This document shows, piece by piece, positions 12,054 through 24,143 of a DNA stretch of 64,000 nucleotides; position 1 is the stretch's first letter; every line of letters starts with the position of its first letter. Made by a program: the position numbers and the translations under genes. Source of the DNA: Selaginella moellendorffii (Eukaryota > Plantae > Lycopodiophyta); the NCBI RefSeq assembly GCF_000143415.4, contig NW_003314323.1, forward strand, positions 62,001 through 126,000. The letters are read 5' to 3'. The notes below the pieces were generated by a model. The model was not told the DNA's origin. It saw nothing but the letters and a program-made list of their open reading frames with translations, and did no database searches.

Positions 12054-13900
12054 GTTATTATAAAATAATATTTTATAAAATTTTTTGACTAAACTTATAT
12101 AAATTTTTTATTCTAACTTTTTTTATATTATTTATTTATTTCTTGTGAAACTTTTATGTTGGCTCACTGCTAGTTTCACATTATTTTATTAAAGCATTTC
12201 TATAGTACATGTTTTAGGCAAAAGTTATGATTAATTAAATACTGTTATAATATATTTTTTGTAGGGAGAAAAATAGAAAAAAAAATTGGAAAAGTCTTCT
12301 CCACTTAGAAAAAAAAACTTCATAATAATACTACTATGAGGAAAAAGTACTTTATTGCTTCTTTTTTTTCACACTTACCTAATCTATATTAACTTTATAT
12401 ATTTAGTTATAAATAATATTTTTATTTTTATCAGTTAAAAAAACTTAAATACTCAAAAATTAATAAAGGAAAAGTTATATAAATTAATCATTAAAATTGT
12501 TTTTAAAAAAGTAAAATATGGCAAGAAAATTAATAGCAGAATAAAAATAATATTTAAAGTCAATCAACCTATTATTTAAACTAGAAAAAAATATTCCATT
12601 CATAATCTTGAATAAAACAGGTTTTTATATAAAAAAAATTAACTAATTTATTAGCTATATTATGTTTAAAATTATTTATTAACTAACCATTTGAATTGTT
12701 TTAGATGGAAATACTTAACAATAAAAATATTTTTAGTAGCAAACATATAATACAATTTCATTTCCTTTTTAGAAAATTTTATAATGACTTTATAACTATT
12801 AAAAATCTTTAATATCATTAAAATAAGTCAGGCTTCAAAGTAGGAAATTTTTCATGATATAACTTTAAAGAAATTAAGAACACCATCATACTAGTTGAAT
12901 TTAATATGCAAGAAATTTTATTCAAGAACTTAATTTACTTTTTGACTTTGTTAATTTCCTTGACTATTACACAGTCATGGATGTAAAACTGATACTATTA
13001 AATGCCGGTGTGTTCCTCATGGACTTTGGGCTGGTCAAAATGGTGAACATTGTCAAACTCCCCATTAATGTTTTTTGTAAATTTTAATTAAAAATTAATT
13101 ATAAATCCATAAAATAAGTAATGTTAAAATGAATTTTTTAAAATTTTCTATATATTAGCAAGTAAGTAACTTAATATTTTAAATAATATATTATATAATA
13201 TTATGATTTACACTATAAAATTTATGACATCAGAAAATGATTTATGACATAAAACTTATAACCTTAAAGTAAAGTTTATAAAAAAATAAATAATTATTTA
13301 TTGTGGTTGAAACGTCTAAAAAGGAACAAAAATGAGAAATAATAAGTTACAACTATGGTAGAATTTTATTTTCATATTTATTTTGTTGTAAAAAATAAAT
13401 AAAAAATTTAATTTTAATTTACTTATTTTTTATTTGTTTTCTTTTATACAAGTTATGAAGTATATAGTTGTGAAAATTTCAAAAAGTTATAGGCTGGAAA
13501 ATAATGTTAAGCTATACAAGTTTTCAGAAGTGATTAGATATGTTAAAGTTTTTCATCTCTTCTCACTTTAAAAAAAATTTAAAATAAATTTTCATATAAG
13601 AAAAGTTGTAAAGTGATATAAATGGTGGGGTTAAACCTATATAATATAGATCATTTATTTAAAACTTAATTTAGTCCATCCATTTTTGTATTTTGATAGG
13701 TAGTATAACTACTATAGTTAACTACATTACTGTAATTAATGTATTATATACTTATAACTGTTTATATCAAAATTAAACATTTATTAAATGTTCCATTTTA
13801 TTTACATTTCTTTAATATTTAATAGTATAGTTTGCAATATGAAATTTATAAGATTGTTAAATCCTAGAGATTCTTAAAGTTAAACTTATTTACCTCATTA
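12054..13900. other. Extremely AT-rich, ORF-free island
   Basis: Sharp compositional shift to very high A+T with no ORF of 60 aa or more across about 1.8 kb, against GC-balanced gene-dense flanks. Confidence 0.7.
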
Positions 13901-14513
13901 TAATTGTTATAGTCCATAAAATAAGGAAGAGTTGTGAAATTGAGTGAACCATCATGAATTAAGTGATGGAAAGATTCACATGATCTATGGAGTGCTTGTT
14001 GCATACAGAACAAGAACGTTTTGATCATTGTTTCCAACACCCTGTGAACCAAATGAGCTTCTCTTAATTTCTTTGGTTTACAGCTTACCTGCATTTGGAC
14101 GAGAAGCTCCGTTTTGATTCGTCTTGTCTCCTTGCTCTCGTTGCCTTCACCACATTGTCCACACAGCGAATCAATCTCGTCCCCTGGCCATTTGGAAAAA
14201 GTTGGCTACGAGCTTCTTGCTCTCCCCCAACTAGATCTAATGAAGAAATACTGTTGTCACCAATTTATCAGTCATACCTAAAGGTGAACCGCTTCTGATT
14301 CCTTTTCATCACAGATGTTCTGGAGATCCCCTAAACAGGCAATTTCATCCTCAGGCATTGCTACCTTAAGTACAATTAAACAGCAATACGGTACACATTA
14401 ACAACATAGAATGTCACCTTGAGATACAAAACCAAGGCCACACTTCAGAGTCACACCTGTAGCCACAGTATATGGCCTTCATTACTCCCCTCATCAATCT
14501 TCTGCGTCCAGCT

Positions 14514-16682
14514 CTACTCGAATCGATCATCCGGGCCACTGGAACCATACAAGTTTGCCAGCAAAACGTATGAGAAGGTTCCTCCGGGATCCATCTCCAG
14601 CGCCTTCTCAGCTGCTCGGACACCAGCAATCTCATCCTTGCTCGCAGCGCAAGCCGCGAGCAAAATCCCCCACACAACGTCGTGAGCTTCGAAAGGCATG
14701 GCCGCCGCAATCCCGTGCGCCAAGATCAGCTGCCCCGACCTCGCAAAGATATCTATCACGCAGCAAAAGTGCTCTCTCGCGGGAGCCACGCCAAAGTCAC
14801 AGGCCATGCCAGAGAAGAGAGCCAGAGCTTCGCAAACCATGCCTCCATGGCTGCACGACGTCAACACGCTCGCGAGCGTCGTCTTGTCCGGCTTGAAACC
14901 AGCCAAGTTCATCACCCTCAAGAGCTGGATCGCTCGCCCCGATCGCGAGTAAGCTCGGATCATCGCGTTCCACGACACTGTGTCCTGGCAAGGCATCTCG
15001 TCGAAAGTAGTCCTGGCCTCTCGGAGGAAACCATTTTGCTCGTAGACCGTGGCCATAGCGTTCCAAGCCGCGACGTCTCGTCCAGGCATGCTCTCAAAAA
15101 CATCCCTCGCTTCGTCAAGAGACCCGTTTTGTCCGAGGCCCGAGACTACCGAGCTCCACGACACGACTTGTCTCTGCGGGATCCGATCAAACAGCGCCCT
15201 GGCCTCATCGAGGAATCCAAACTGGCAGTAAACTCCGATCATGCTGTTCCACGAGACGACGTCCCGCTGTGGCATCTGCTCGAAAGTCTTGCGAGACTCT
15301 TCCCAGAAACCGTTTAGAGCGTATGCCATGATCGCTGCGTTGAAAGACACAACGTTGAGCTGCGGCATCCTCTCCAGCAACACCATGGACTCATCAAACA
15401 GGCCAGCGCGAGCGAATCCGGGGACCAGACTCGTCCAAGAACACATATCCCTCTCTGGAAGCTCGTCAAACTTCGCCTTCGCATCGCCCAACGAGCCGCT
15501 CTGCGCATACGCTGCAATGACCGAGTTCCACGAGACCGTGTTCCTGTGAGGGATCTTCTCAAACACCGCCAGGGCTAGATCGATGCTGCAGCACTGCTCC
15601 CCAGCGATCACCAGCGCCGTCCACGAGATCACGTCCCTCTCAGGCATCTGATCAAACAGAAACTTCGACTCGTCCATATACCCATTCCGAGCATACGCTG
15701 AAACGATGGAGTTCCACGACACCAGATCCCTGTGAGGCATCCTCTCAAACACCGTTCTCGCTCGATCGACATCAAAGTCACAGAGAAAAGATCTAGCCAT
15801 CGTGTTCCACGCGCCGACACTGCGATTCTCCATAGAATCAAACGTCGATTTCGCTTCTAGCACACGGCCATTCTGGGCGAGGAGCAAAACCATCACGCAG
15901 CACGCCACGGAATCCTTCTCGCCCATCGCCTCAAACGCCACCCGCGCCTCGTCGATCAATCCACACTCCGAGAATGTGACGATCATCGCGGTGGCCAAGA
16001 CAGTGTCGTGCTGGGGCATTTGTTCATACACTCTCTTGGCGCCATAGACATCCCCAGCGCCGGCATATGCCTTGACCACGCCAGTCCACGCAAGAACGGT
16101 CAACTTGGGCATCCGGTCAAACAGCCACTTGGCATCCGCCGGTTCGCTGGCGCAAATGAGGCAATTCCAAGCAACCTCGTTCCACGCGGGCATCCGGTCA
16201 AAGATTTTCTTTGCGTAGCTGGCGCACTGCGATTGGGCGTAGCCCGTGACCATCGTGTTCCACGTCACTAGGTCGCGGTGGCGGCGCATGCTTTGAAAGA
16301 GTGTTCTTGCGGCGTCTAGATGCCCTCTCTGGGCATATGCGGAGATCATGGAGTTCCACGAGATTGTATCCGCGACCGGGAGCATTCGATCGAAGAGCTT
16401 CCTGGCCTCGCCCACGAATCCATTGCGGATATAGACGAAGAGCATGATATTCCAGGAGCGAGTGTCGGGGTCGTGGATCATGGAATCGAAGACGAGCGAT
16501 GCCGCGCGGAGGTCCGCGCAGCTGCCATACATGGCGAGGAGGTGCTCGGCGACGATCTTGGAGGCGGCGAGGCGGGGATCGCCCTGGATGTAGCGGTGCA
16601 ACCGCTTGCCCTCTTCCAGATCCTTGGCCTTGACGCAGGATTTGAGGCGAGAGAGGAGCTCCTCGGCCGAGAACTTTCTCAT
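14514..16682 (-). CDS. PLS-class pentatricopeptide repeat protein with tandem short (31-aa) motifs and truncated E domain
   Basis: Intronless. Repeated DVVSWNS(M/I)..AY..NG...EA..LFD.MP units. C-terminus REHFCCVIDIFARSG..WGILLAAC..EKALEMDP..SYVLLANLY, no DYW. Confidence 0.93.
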   Translation of the reverse strand: MRKFSAEELLSRLKSCVKAKDLEEGKRLHRYIQGDPRLAASKIVAEHLLAMYGSCADLRAASLVFDSMIHDPDTRSWNIMLFVYIRNGFVGEARKLFDRMLPVADTISWNSMISAYAQRGHLDAARTLFQSMRRHRDLVTWNTMVTGYAQSQCASYAKKIFDRMPAWNEVAWNCLICASEPADAKWLFDRMPKLTVLAWTGVVKAYAGAGDVYGAKRVYEQMPQHDTVLATAMIVTFSECGLIDEARVAFEAMGEKDSVACCVMVLLLAQNGRVLEAKSTFDSMENRSVGAWNTMARSFLCDFDVDRARTVFERMPHRDLVSWNSIVSAYARNGYMDESKFLFDQMPERDVISWTALVIAGEQCCSIDLALAVFEKIPHRNTVSWNSVIAAYAQSGSLGDAKAKFDELPERDMCSWTSLVPGFARAGLFDESMVLLERMPQLNVVSFNAAIMAYALNGFWEESRKTFEQMPQRDVVSWNSMIGVYCQFGFLDEARALFDRIPQRQVVSWSSVVSGLGQNGSLDEARDVFESMPGRDVAAWNAMATVYEQNGFLREARTTFDEMPCQDTVSWNAMIRAYSRSGRAIQLLRVMNLAGFKPDKTTLASVLTSCSHGGMVCEALALFSGMACDFGVAPAREHFCCVIDIFARSGQLILAHGIAAAMPFEAHDVVWGILLAACAASKDEIAGVRAAEKALEMDPGGTFSYVLLANLYGSSGPDDRFE

Positions 16683-16940
16683 CAAATCCTCGCTCTCCGC
16701 CGCGCATTTTGTCGATCATGGAACCTCCGGAGCTAAATTCCGATGTTGGGCGAGTGAGACTGCGCGTGTATGGCTGCTGGAATCCAGATCGAATAGACTC
16801 TCCATGCGCTCAAAGCGCCAGAGCCATGCCCTAAATTACTGTTCGAGCGGACGGACAATATTTAAATAGGTTTCCCGCAAAGTAGAGATCCACCGTCCGT
16901 TGTGGAGGAATTAGGGTTCTTGAGTAAATCGTGCAATGGA

Positions 16941-18548
16941 ATGGAATCGCTCCTCCACAATCACGCCTCCATCGACATCCACACATACGCCACTCTTCTC
17001 CAGCAATGCGGCGAGCGCCGGGCTCTCGGCGACGGCAAAGCCCTCCACGCCCACATCGCGTCGCGGCTGCCAAATCCCCCACTCTTCCTCTCGAATCACT
17101 TGCTGGGCATGTACGCCAAATGCGGCAGCGCCCGCGACGCGCTCGCGGCCTTCGATTCCATGCGCGATCGCAACGTTGTCTCCTGGACAACCGTCGTCAC
17201 CGCATTTGCCCACGCCGGGCATCCCACCGCCGCGCTGCGTCTCTTCCAGCGCATGCTCGCGGAAGGCATCGCTCCAAACAAGGTGACCTTCGTCGCTGTT
17301 CTTCACGCCTGTAGCGATTCCCGCGAGCTCCTCGATCCTGGGAGGATGATTCACCGCTGCTGCGAGGAGTCCGGCCTCGGCCGCGATCGCTCCGTCGCGA
17401 TCTCGCTCGCCAACATGTATGGCAAGTGCGGGGACGTCGACACCGCCGCCTCGATGCTCGATGAGATGTTCCAGCCGGATGTGATCGCCTGGAGCGCGGT
17501 GATCACTGGATTCGCCCAGCAGGGGCGGAGCTCCGACGCTCTCCATCTCTTCCGGAGGATGCAGCACGAAGGCGTGATCGCCAACAAGATCACGCTCGTC
17601 GCCACCCTCAGCGCTTGCACGGACAGCTCGTCTCTGGCCGATGGGAAGTTCCTCCATTCTTTGATCGTCGAGAAGAAGCTCGAGAGCGATGTGATCGTCG
17701 GCGGAGCTCTGGTCACCATGTATACCAACTGTGGAAGCTTGGACGACGCTCGCCGGGCCTTTGGAGCTGTGAGACGTCCCAACGTCATCGCCTGGACTGC
17801 CATGATCTCTGCCTGCGTCCACTTTGGAGAGCTCGACGAGGCGCTCCAGATCTTCCGCTTGATAGAAGCCCAGTGCCTGGACGATCGCGAGCTCCTCCTC
17901 GACGGTATAGTCTTCGTGCCGCTCATCAATGCCTGTGCTCGTCTCACGGATCTCTCCCAGGGCCGACGGCTTCACGCTCGGATCTCCAGCGATGGAAGCA
18001 TCAAAGTCGACGTCCAGCTCGGGAACGCGCTCGTCAACATGTACTCCAAGTGTGGCAGCGTCGAGGAGGCCGCGAGAGTTTTCGATGGGATGAAGTACCG
18101 GAGCACTGTCAGCTGGAACACGATGATCTCGGCGTACGCGATCGCTGGTCATAGTGAGAAAGTGCTGTGGATGTTTCACAGAATGCAGCAGGAGGGTGTC
18201 GAGCCGGACGAAGTGAGCTTTGTCGGAGTTCTCTCGGCTTGCAATGCTGCTGGGACTGTCGAGGAGGGATGCAAGTACTTCGGACTTTGCTGCGAGGAGT
18301 ACCGCATTTTGTTGGAGCCGCAGCACTTCGGGTGTTTGATCGACTTGCTCGGCCGGGTTGGATATCTGGACGAAGCGGAAAGGCTGCTCAGGAGAATGAA
18401 GGAGCCGGATGTCATGGCCTGGATGATGCTGCTGGACGCTTGTCGAATTCACAACGACTTGACACGAGCTAAAGCTGCTGCCGAGCGTGTTCTTGAGCTG
18501 GATCCTGGAAACAGTGCGGCTTATATCATGTATACTCAATCAAGTTAA
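16941..18548 (+). CDS. PLS-class PPR protein with truncated E domain
   Basis: P-L-S triplets (NVVSWTTVVTAFA / PNKVTFVAVLHACS / LANMYGKCG). E1 QHFGCLIDLLGRVG..AWMMLLDACRIH..ELDPGNSAAY. Head-to-head with the previous PPR. Confidence 0.93.
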   Translation: MESLLHNHASIDIHTYATLLQQCGERRALGDGKALHAHIASRLPNPPLFLSNHLLGMYAKCGSARDALAAFDSMRDRNVVSWTTVVTAFAHAGHPTAALRLFQRMLAEGIAPNKVTFVAVLHACSDSRELLDPGRMIHRCCEESGLGRDRSVAISLANMYGKCGDVDTAASMLDEMFQPDVIAWSAVITGFAQQGRSSDALHLFRRMQHEGVIANKITLVATLSACTDSSSLADGKFLHSLIVEKKLESDVIVGGALVTMYTNCGSLDDARRAFGAVRRPNVIAWTAMISACVHFGELDEALQIFRLIEAQCLDDRELLLDGIVFVPLINACARLTDLSQGRRLHARISSDGSIKVDVQLGNALVNMYSKCGSVEEAARVFDGMKYRSTVSWNTMISAYAIAGHSEKVLWMFHRMQQEGVEPDEVSFVGVLSACNAAGTVEEGCKYFGLCCEEYRILLEPQHFGCLIDLLGRVGYLDEAERLLRRMKEPDVMAWMMLLDACRIHNDLTRAKAAAERVLELDPGNSAAYIMYTQSS

Positions 18549-18636
18549 AAAGCTTGAATTTTTTTTGCACTCACCTTAGTTAAGTCATGCGTACCAAAGA
18601 GCAATGGAAACTTTGCTCTCGAGCCGAGAGCTGCTG

Positions 18637-20270
18637 TTAGGTTTGAGAGTCGTCGACGAATAGAGCTACACAGCTGCAGGCTACGGAAGTTAACACGTAC
18701 CAGACGATGCCAGCAAGAAGTGGCTGCATGCCTGGAGTCGAGGCGAGGTCCTGAACCACTGAGCTGAACCGATCTGAGTGTGCCGCTCCTGAACTGGCCG
18801 CAGCTTGAGATATCTGGGAGCTGGATACCGTTTGAAACTGGACAACCAGAGCCGCAGCCAAAGAGACCGCCACTGGAACAGCTTGTCTTATCATAAAAAG
18901 CTTTTGCTGCTTTTCCGATGGTCGATGGATCCGAGGTGGTGTTTTAGTGGCCGCGTCAACACGGATGGTAGGCGTTGTGGACGTTGATGACGAGTTCTCA
19001 ATGGGACTAGTTACGTTACTGAGAGGTTCCCAGTACTCCTCAGCTTGAGCATAGGAAGATTCCCGTTGTTGAGTGACGGCTTCGTACAAAGCTTTCATCT
19101 TGCCTTGTGCGAACAGTGATCCCCTGAAGGCTTGATTATACACATCCTTAGCGAACCAGCTGAGCGGAACGATTGCTCCCTGCGAGGATCTCACATGATC
19201 GAAGTCGTCCGATGAGGAGTAGCTTTTCCCAACAAAAAAATGCCACCACCTTCCAGCTCGGGCTTGTATAGCATCAGTAGCAGCCGTTCTGTATTTTTGT
19301 GCAGGGTTTTCCTAAAGAAAAGCGTGTGTCAGTTACAAATCAAGTACAAAAAGAACTGCGTACCTTTTCAGATTGAAACTCTGCATTTTTCTTCAAGAAC
19401 TTTTCTGCGCTCTTGAAAACGTCGATTGCACGCTCGCCGGGGCTGTTCTCAGGCTCTATGTTTACCGTATAGCGAGGCTGTTTAGCCATGAGATACTCGA
19501 GAGCTGCTAGTTTCCCTCTATCCACCCACCTATAGAAACAAAGCTTTTAGAAACAGAAAATCTTCAATCACTAGAAAAACTTACGAAATGCAATCCACGG
19601 GACAAGCTCGAATAGCATCGTCGATAACTGGCTTCGAATCACCCCACTGTGAAACTGCCCGAGCTCGACCATAGCGTTTCTCAACAGCAAAAGTGTTGGA
19701 CGCAATGAGAGCACACTTCAAGCAGCCAATGCAGCGTACTTCGTCCACAAAAACGGCCTTTTCTTCGCTTGCTGGTCCCATCCATCTGGAATAGAGCGGC
19801 TCACCCGTGAATCCTTCGAACTGAATCCATTCAGCACGGACCTGTGAAAACAAAGAAGAGAAACTCATGTCTTCCAGAAAAGAAACGAAGAAAGAAAATC
19901 TTACAGCGTCGTATGAACCACGGCTGGTCGGATCGGAGAGAATGGCGTAGGCCTCATTGAGAAGAATCGACATGTCGTGTCCCAGCTCGCCAGCGACATC
20001 CGGATGGCATTTCTTCTGGAGCCATCGGTATGCTTTCTTGATCTCCGGCTGTGGCGCGGAATTCTCGACGCCAAGGAGCTCATACAGATCATAACCATAG
20101 TAGCTCTTGCCGGTGCTGCCGCTGCTGCTTCTACCAGCGTGAGCCCTACATTTGAATCTAGACGGCCGCGGACGAGTACCTTGCCGTGCTCTCACGAGCG
20201 ACGAATCGATCGCGATCCCAGGAGCCAGATTCAAGCCCGAGGTGGAAGAAGCCGCCATCGCCATTGCCAT
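18637..20270 (-). CDS. Plastid DnaJ protein with 4Fe-4S ferredoxin-like domain (DJC76/77, CDJ3/4-like)
   Basis: J domain DLYELLGV..IKKAYR.LQKKCHPD..LNEAY, then VFVDEVRCIGCLKC..CPVDCI. Transit-peptide-like N-terminus and hydrophobic C-terminus. Multi-exon. Confidence 0.88.
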
Positions 20271-21812
20271 CGCCCTGGAGAAACGCAAAAGAGAAGAAGA
20301 GAGCCCTAGCAAGAAAGCTCTCGATCGAGAGAGAAAATATCACACTTGGCGCGTAGGGGACACGTCACGAAGACACGTCATTTGGCACTTTTTACACTTT
20401 TTCAACACCATAGGAATCGAACCCGGGACCAGAAAAAGGTCCAAGGCTCGATCCTCTGGAATCTTCCACAAAAGCCCAGCCCTAAAGTCAAAGTGGATTG
20501 ACAAGTTGGTGTGACCTGCCTCTAGTGTCAACGCAGCGAATTGTCCATGAACGCCTTTAAGCCACTTGCACCCACCAATGCCTCCAGCGTCAAGATCAAC
20601 AAAGGAGGTTAAAATACGACGAAGTGGCCAGCGAGCGAGCAAAAAGCTCATGCCTTTACTCCCCTTCATTTCTTCTGGAGATACCTGGACAATACAAGAG
20701 AGATACCCATAAAACAAGATTTTTCTCCCCACCTTTCAAGCATGGCTGGACCCGAGATTGTTTACGCGTATCGTAGATCCCCAGAGATCCATCCTCATTC
20801 TCCAGCTTTCCTTAGTGCTGGATCAAGCCTTTGTTTAGTCCTGGAGAACGTGTGAGTGTGTCAGGGGGGGCGAAGCTCATCCAGCCTTCCTCTAGAATCG
20901 AAGAAAACATAGAAAAGTCAAACCTGAGAGTGTGGGTGGGGTGATCTCGAGCTCCTCAAAAATCAATCAGTCACCTTGACTGGTTCGGATCTCGTCACTC
21001 TCGTCGCCGCATGACCCCTCTTTTTGGCCACACCGAGGATTTTTCCTCTGCAGGGATCGAGTGCTACCTTTTTCCTTATTTTATTGCTCCGTGAAGAAAT
21101 CTCATCAGACTTTTCTGCGGCCGAATTTTCGCCCACTGTTCACACAAAAATCTGCTAAAACTTGGACCAGGATTGCCGCCACCGTGGACTAAATAAACAC
21201 GAACCTGTAGAGGGAGAGACTTGTTGGAGCATTATTTCTTTGACATCCTTGTGAAGGTGAATGATTTCACTACCTGCAAAGTCTTTAAGTAGATAAGAGA
21301 AATAGACTGCAAAGACAACCATAAGTCTCACCAAGAGCAGTTCTTTTTGTGGCCCCAGACGAGCAGCAGCACGGTTTCTGGCTTGTTTCCAGCTCCAGTG
21401 TCCCAGAGCGTTTGTTGCATGGTCGCAGCTTCTTTTTAAACTCGAAAGAATCCGCCTACACTGCCATGCCCGTTTCCGGAGTGCGCTGCAAGCTCTGCGA
21501 TGCCATAGCCTGGAGAGCAAAGCCGAGAAGAAGGGAAAAAATATATATATGCGTGTGAGTTGTGAGTAAGAGTCTATAGAGCATGCTGAATTGCACAGAC
21601 CTTTAAAATGTGTCAGGCGGCGAATATTTGGTACACACGCTCTTTGCTGTCGAGGTGATGGATGTAGTAGCAGGAGCAGCATGCCCCAAGTGACTGCCTT
21701 GATGAGAACAAACCCCTGCAAGAAATCAATGAATGAGCTATGAATGATCATCTGTAAGTGGAAGTAGTAGTAGCTCTCAACTCACCAGGGACGCGACCAA
21801 GACACCAAAGGG

Positions 21813-23895
21813 ATGGCAGCTTACAATCTCCGGCAGCAGCAAAACCGGCGTTTCTGGTGTTGTTGCAGCCTGCTGCTGGCGCTAATCCTCTTGATAGATG
21901 CTCAAGCACAGCAGCAAAACCAGAGTCAGGATGTGTCCACGTTGCTGAAAATCAAACCTGCCTTGGATACCAATCCGGCTCTGCCGCTGCTGCTAAGTTG
22001 GAGTTTCCAAAATCCTCTATGCAACTGGCAAGGCGTGCAGTGGATGCTCAATGATGGAACGCCGGTGAATTGCTCGGTTCCAGCCACAGCACTCAATGAC
22101 AGTCTTGCTCAAGACCCGTCCATTCTTGTCGAAAGCATCACTCTCACCAAGCTTCAAGGGGCTCTAGTCGGCACCATTCCTCCAGAAATCGGTCTTCTCT
22201 CGGGTCTCAGGAAGCTCGAGCTCAGCAGCAACAACTTAACCGGTCCCATCCCCGAAGAGATCTCCAATGCCTCCAGTCTCGCCTTCATTCACCTTGGTAA
22301 CAATCGACTCAACGGGAGCATTCCTTCGACGATCTGGAAGCTGTGTGGTGTCCTCGCCGAGCTTGACTTGGATCACAACCAGCTCTCCGGAAGCATTCCA
22401 GTTGCCGCAGATCCGAAAGCCAGGTGCTCTAACTTGACGTCTCTCCGCCTCAACAGCAACAATCTTTCCGGCCTGGTTCCATCTGAGTTCCTCAAGTCCC
22501 TGGCTCCAAGCTTGACGGAGCTCGACTTAAGCAACAACATCCTTCTCGGAGGAGTAGTAGCAGCACCGGGAGCAACCAGTATTCAATCCAATGCGGCAGC
22601 TCCAGCTACTTCCCCAGCACTGGTGGCGGCACCTCCCACGGGGTCGAGCAAGTTATCCGCTGGGGCAGTGTCCGGTATCATAATTGGAGTTCTCGTAGCC
22701 ACTGTTCTGCTGCTATCACTTCTCATCGGGATTTGTAGTAGCAACAGATCTCCAATAGCGTCAAAGCTGACGAGTTCTCCGTCACTTCACCGTGAGCTTG
22801 GCGAGGCAGAGGATGCTACGACTGGAAAGCTTGTTGCATTTGAGGGAGGCGAGCGATTCAACGCCGACCAGGTACTTAATGCGTCAGGTGAAGTGTTGGG
22901 AAAGACGAGCTACGGTACCGTGTACAAAGCCAAGCTCCAGTCTGGGCCGATGATAACTCTCAGGCTGCTCCGCGATGGAAGTGTCAAGGACCGGGACGAG
23001 TTTGTGTCCGCTGTCAAGGAGCTGGGACTTATCCGCCATAGAAATCTGGTACCTCTTCGAGCTTATTACCACGGACCAAAAGACGAAAAGCTGCTCGTTT
23101 ACGACTACATTCCCAAGGGAAACCTCCAAGAGCTGATACATAGTAAGTCTTTCTTTCTGCTTTCCCTGCATGGTACATTCAGTAAAGGAAAAGAATGCTA
23201 ACCTTTTGCCTGGATCAGCATCCACCGCTTACGCTCCAGCTCCATCTTGGGCAATACGGCACAAAATCGCACTGGGAGCAGCTCGAGGACTGGGCCATCT
23301 CCACACAGGCTTGCACCTTCCACTGCTCCACGGGAACCTCAAGTCGAAGAACATCTTGGTTGACGAGAACTTCGAGCCACATCTATCCGACTTTGGCCTC
23401 CATTTGCTCATGAACGCTGCGGCAAGCAACGAGATGATCACTGCTCAAGCTACGCAAGGCTACAAGGCGCCGGAGCTTACCAGGATCAAGAAAGCCAACA
23501 CCAAGACCGACATCTACAGCTTCGGGATCATCCTGCTGGAGCTCCTGACAGGGAAAAAACCCGGAAACTTAGCCGCCGGAGACAACGATAGCGTCACGGT
23601 GGTGGACTTACCCACATTGGTGAAAACCGCAGTGATCGAGGAGAGGACGGCCGAGCTGTTTGATCTCGATCTGCTACGAGGATTGCGGAGCCCGATGGAG
23701 GACGGCCTCCTCCAAGCCCTTCAGCTGGCCATGGGATGCTGCGCGCCATCGCCGGCGGTACGCCCGGACATCAAGGAGGTCATCCGGCAGCTGGAAGAGA
23801 TCAGGCCAAAGATCCACTCCCCAATCTTCACGCCGGTGTCGCATTCTCGAAACTCGCCCCGGATTCCACTGTCGCCGCTGAGAGACGCATCGTGA
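21813..23895 (+). CDS. TMKL1: LRR receptor-like pseudokinase, TMKL1-like
   Basis: Signal peptide, LRRNT (LCNWQGV), LRRs, TM, then VLNASGEVLGKTSYGTVYKAKL..ITLRLLRDG (catalytic Lys absent), HGNLKSKN (HRD absent), DFG. One intron 23143-23218. Confidence 0.88.
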
Positions 23896-24143
23896 GAGAG
23901 GAATAGCGCGCCCTAGTTGGAATAGAAAGAAATTTCTCACCTCTTTGTGCCAAAACCCTAATCTAGATTTCTTAGATGGAAGTTTGATTTATTCTTTGGA
24001 GGGAAAATCTTCTCTCTCCGCTCCAAAAAAAGAAAAAAGAAGTTCCAGGAGAAGATTCCAATAATTTCCCAAGACGCGGCAGCCCTTGTGCCTGGTACGT
24101 CCTTGACAATGTTTCTTTCTTCATTAAATTTCACTGTTCTTCG

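Noticed and set aside
16911-18539. 542-aa antisense ORF over the PPR gene
   Set aside because: Shadow ORF from GC-rich codon usage of the sense gene, with no recognisable motifs.
20405-20432. GGTCCCGGGTTCGATTCC on the minus strand, resembling a tRNA T arm/B box
   Set aside because: No D arm, anticodon arm or acceptor stem can be built around it; at most an isolated B-box-like relic.
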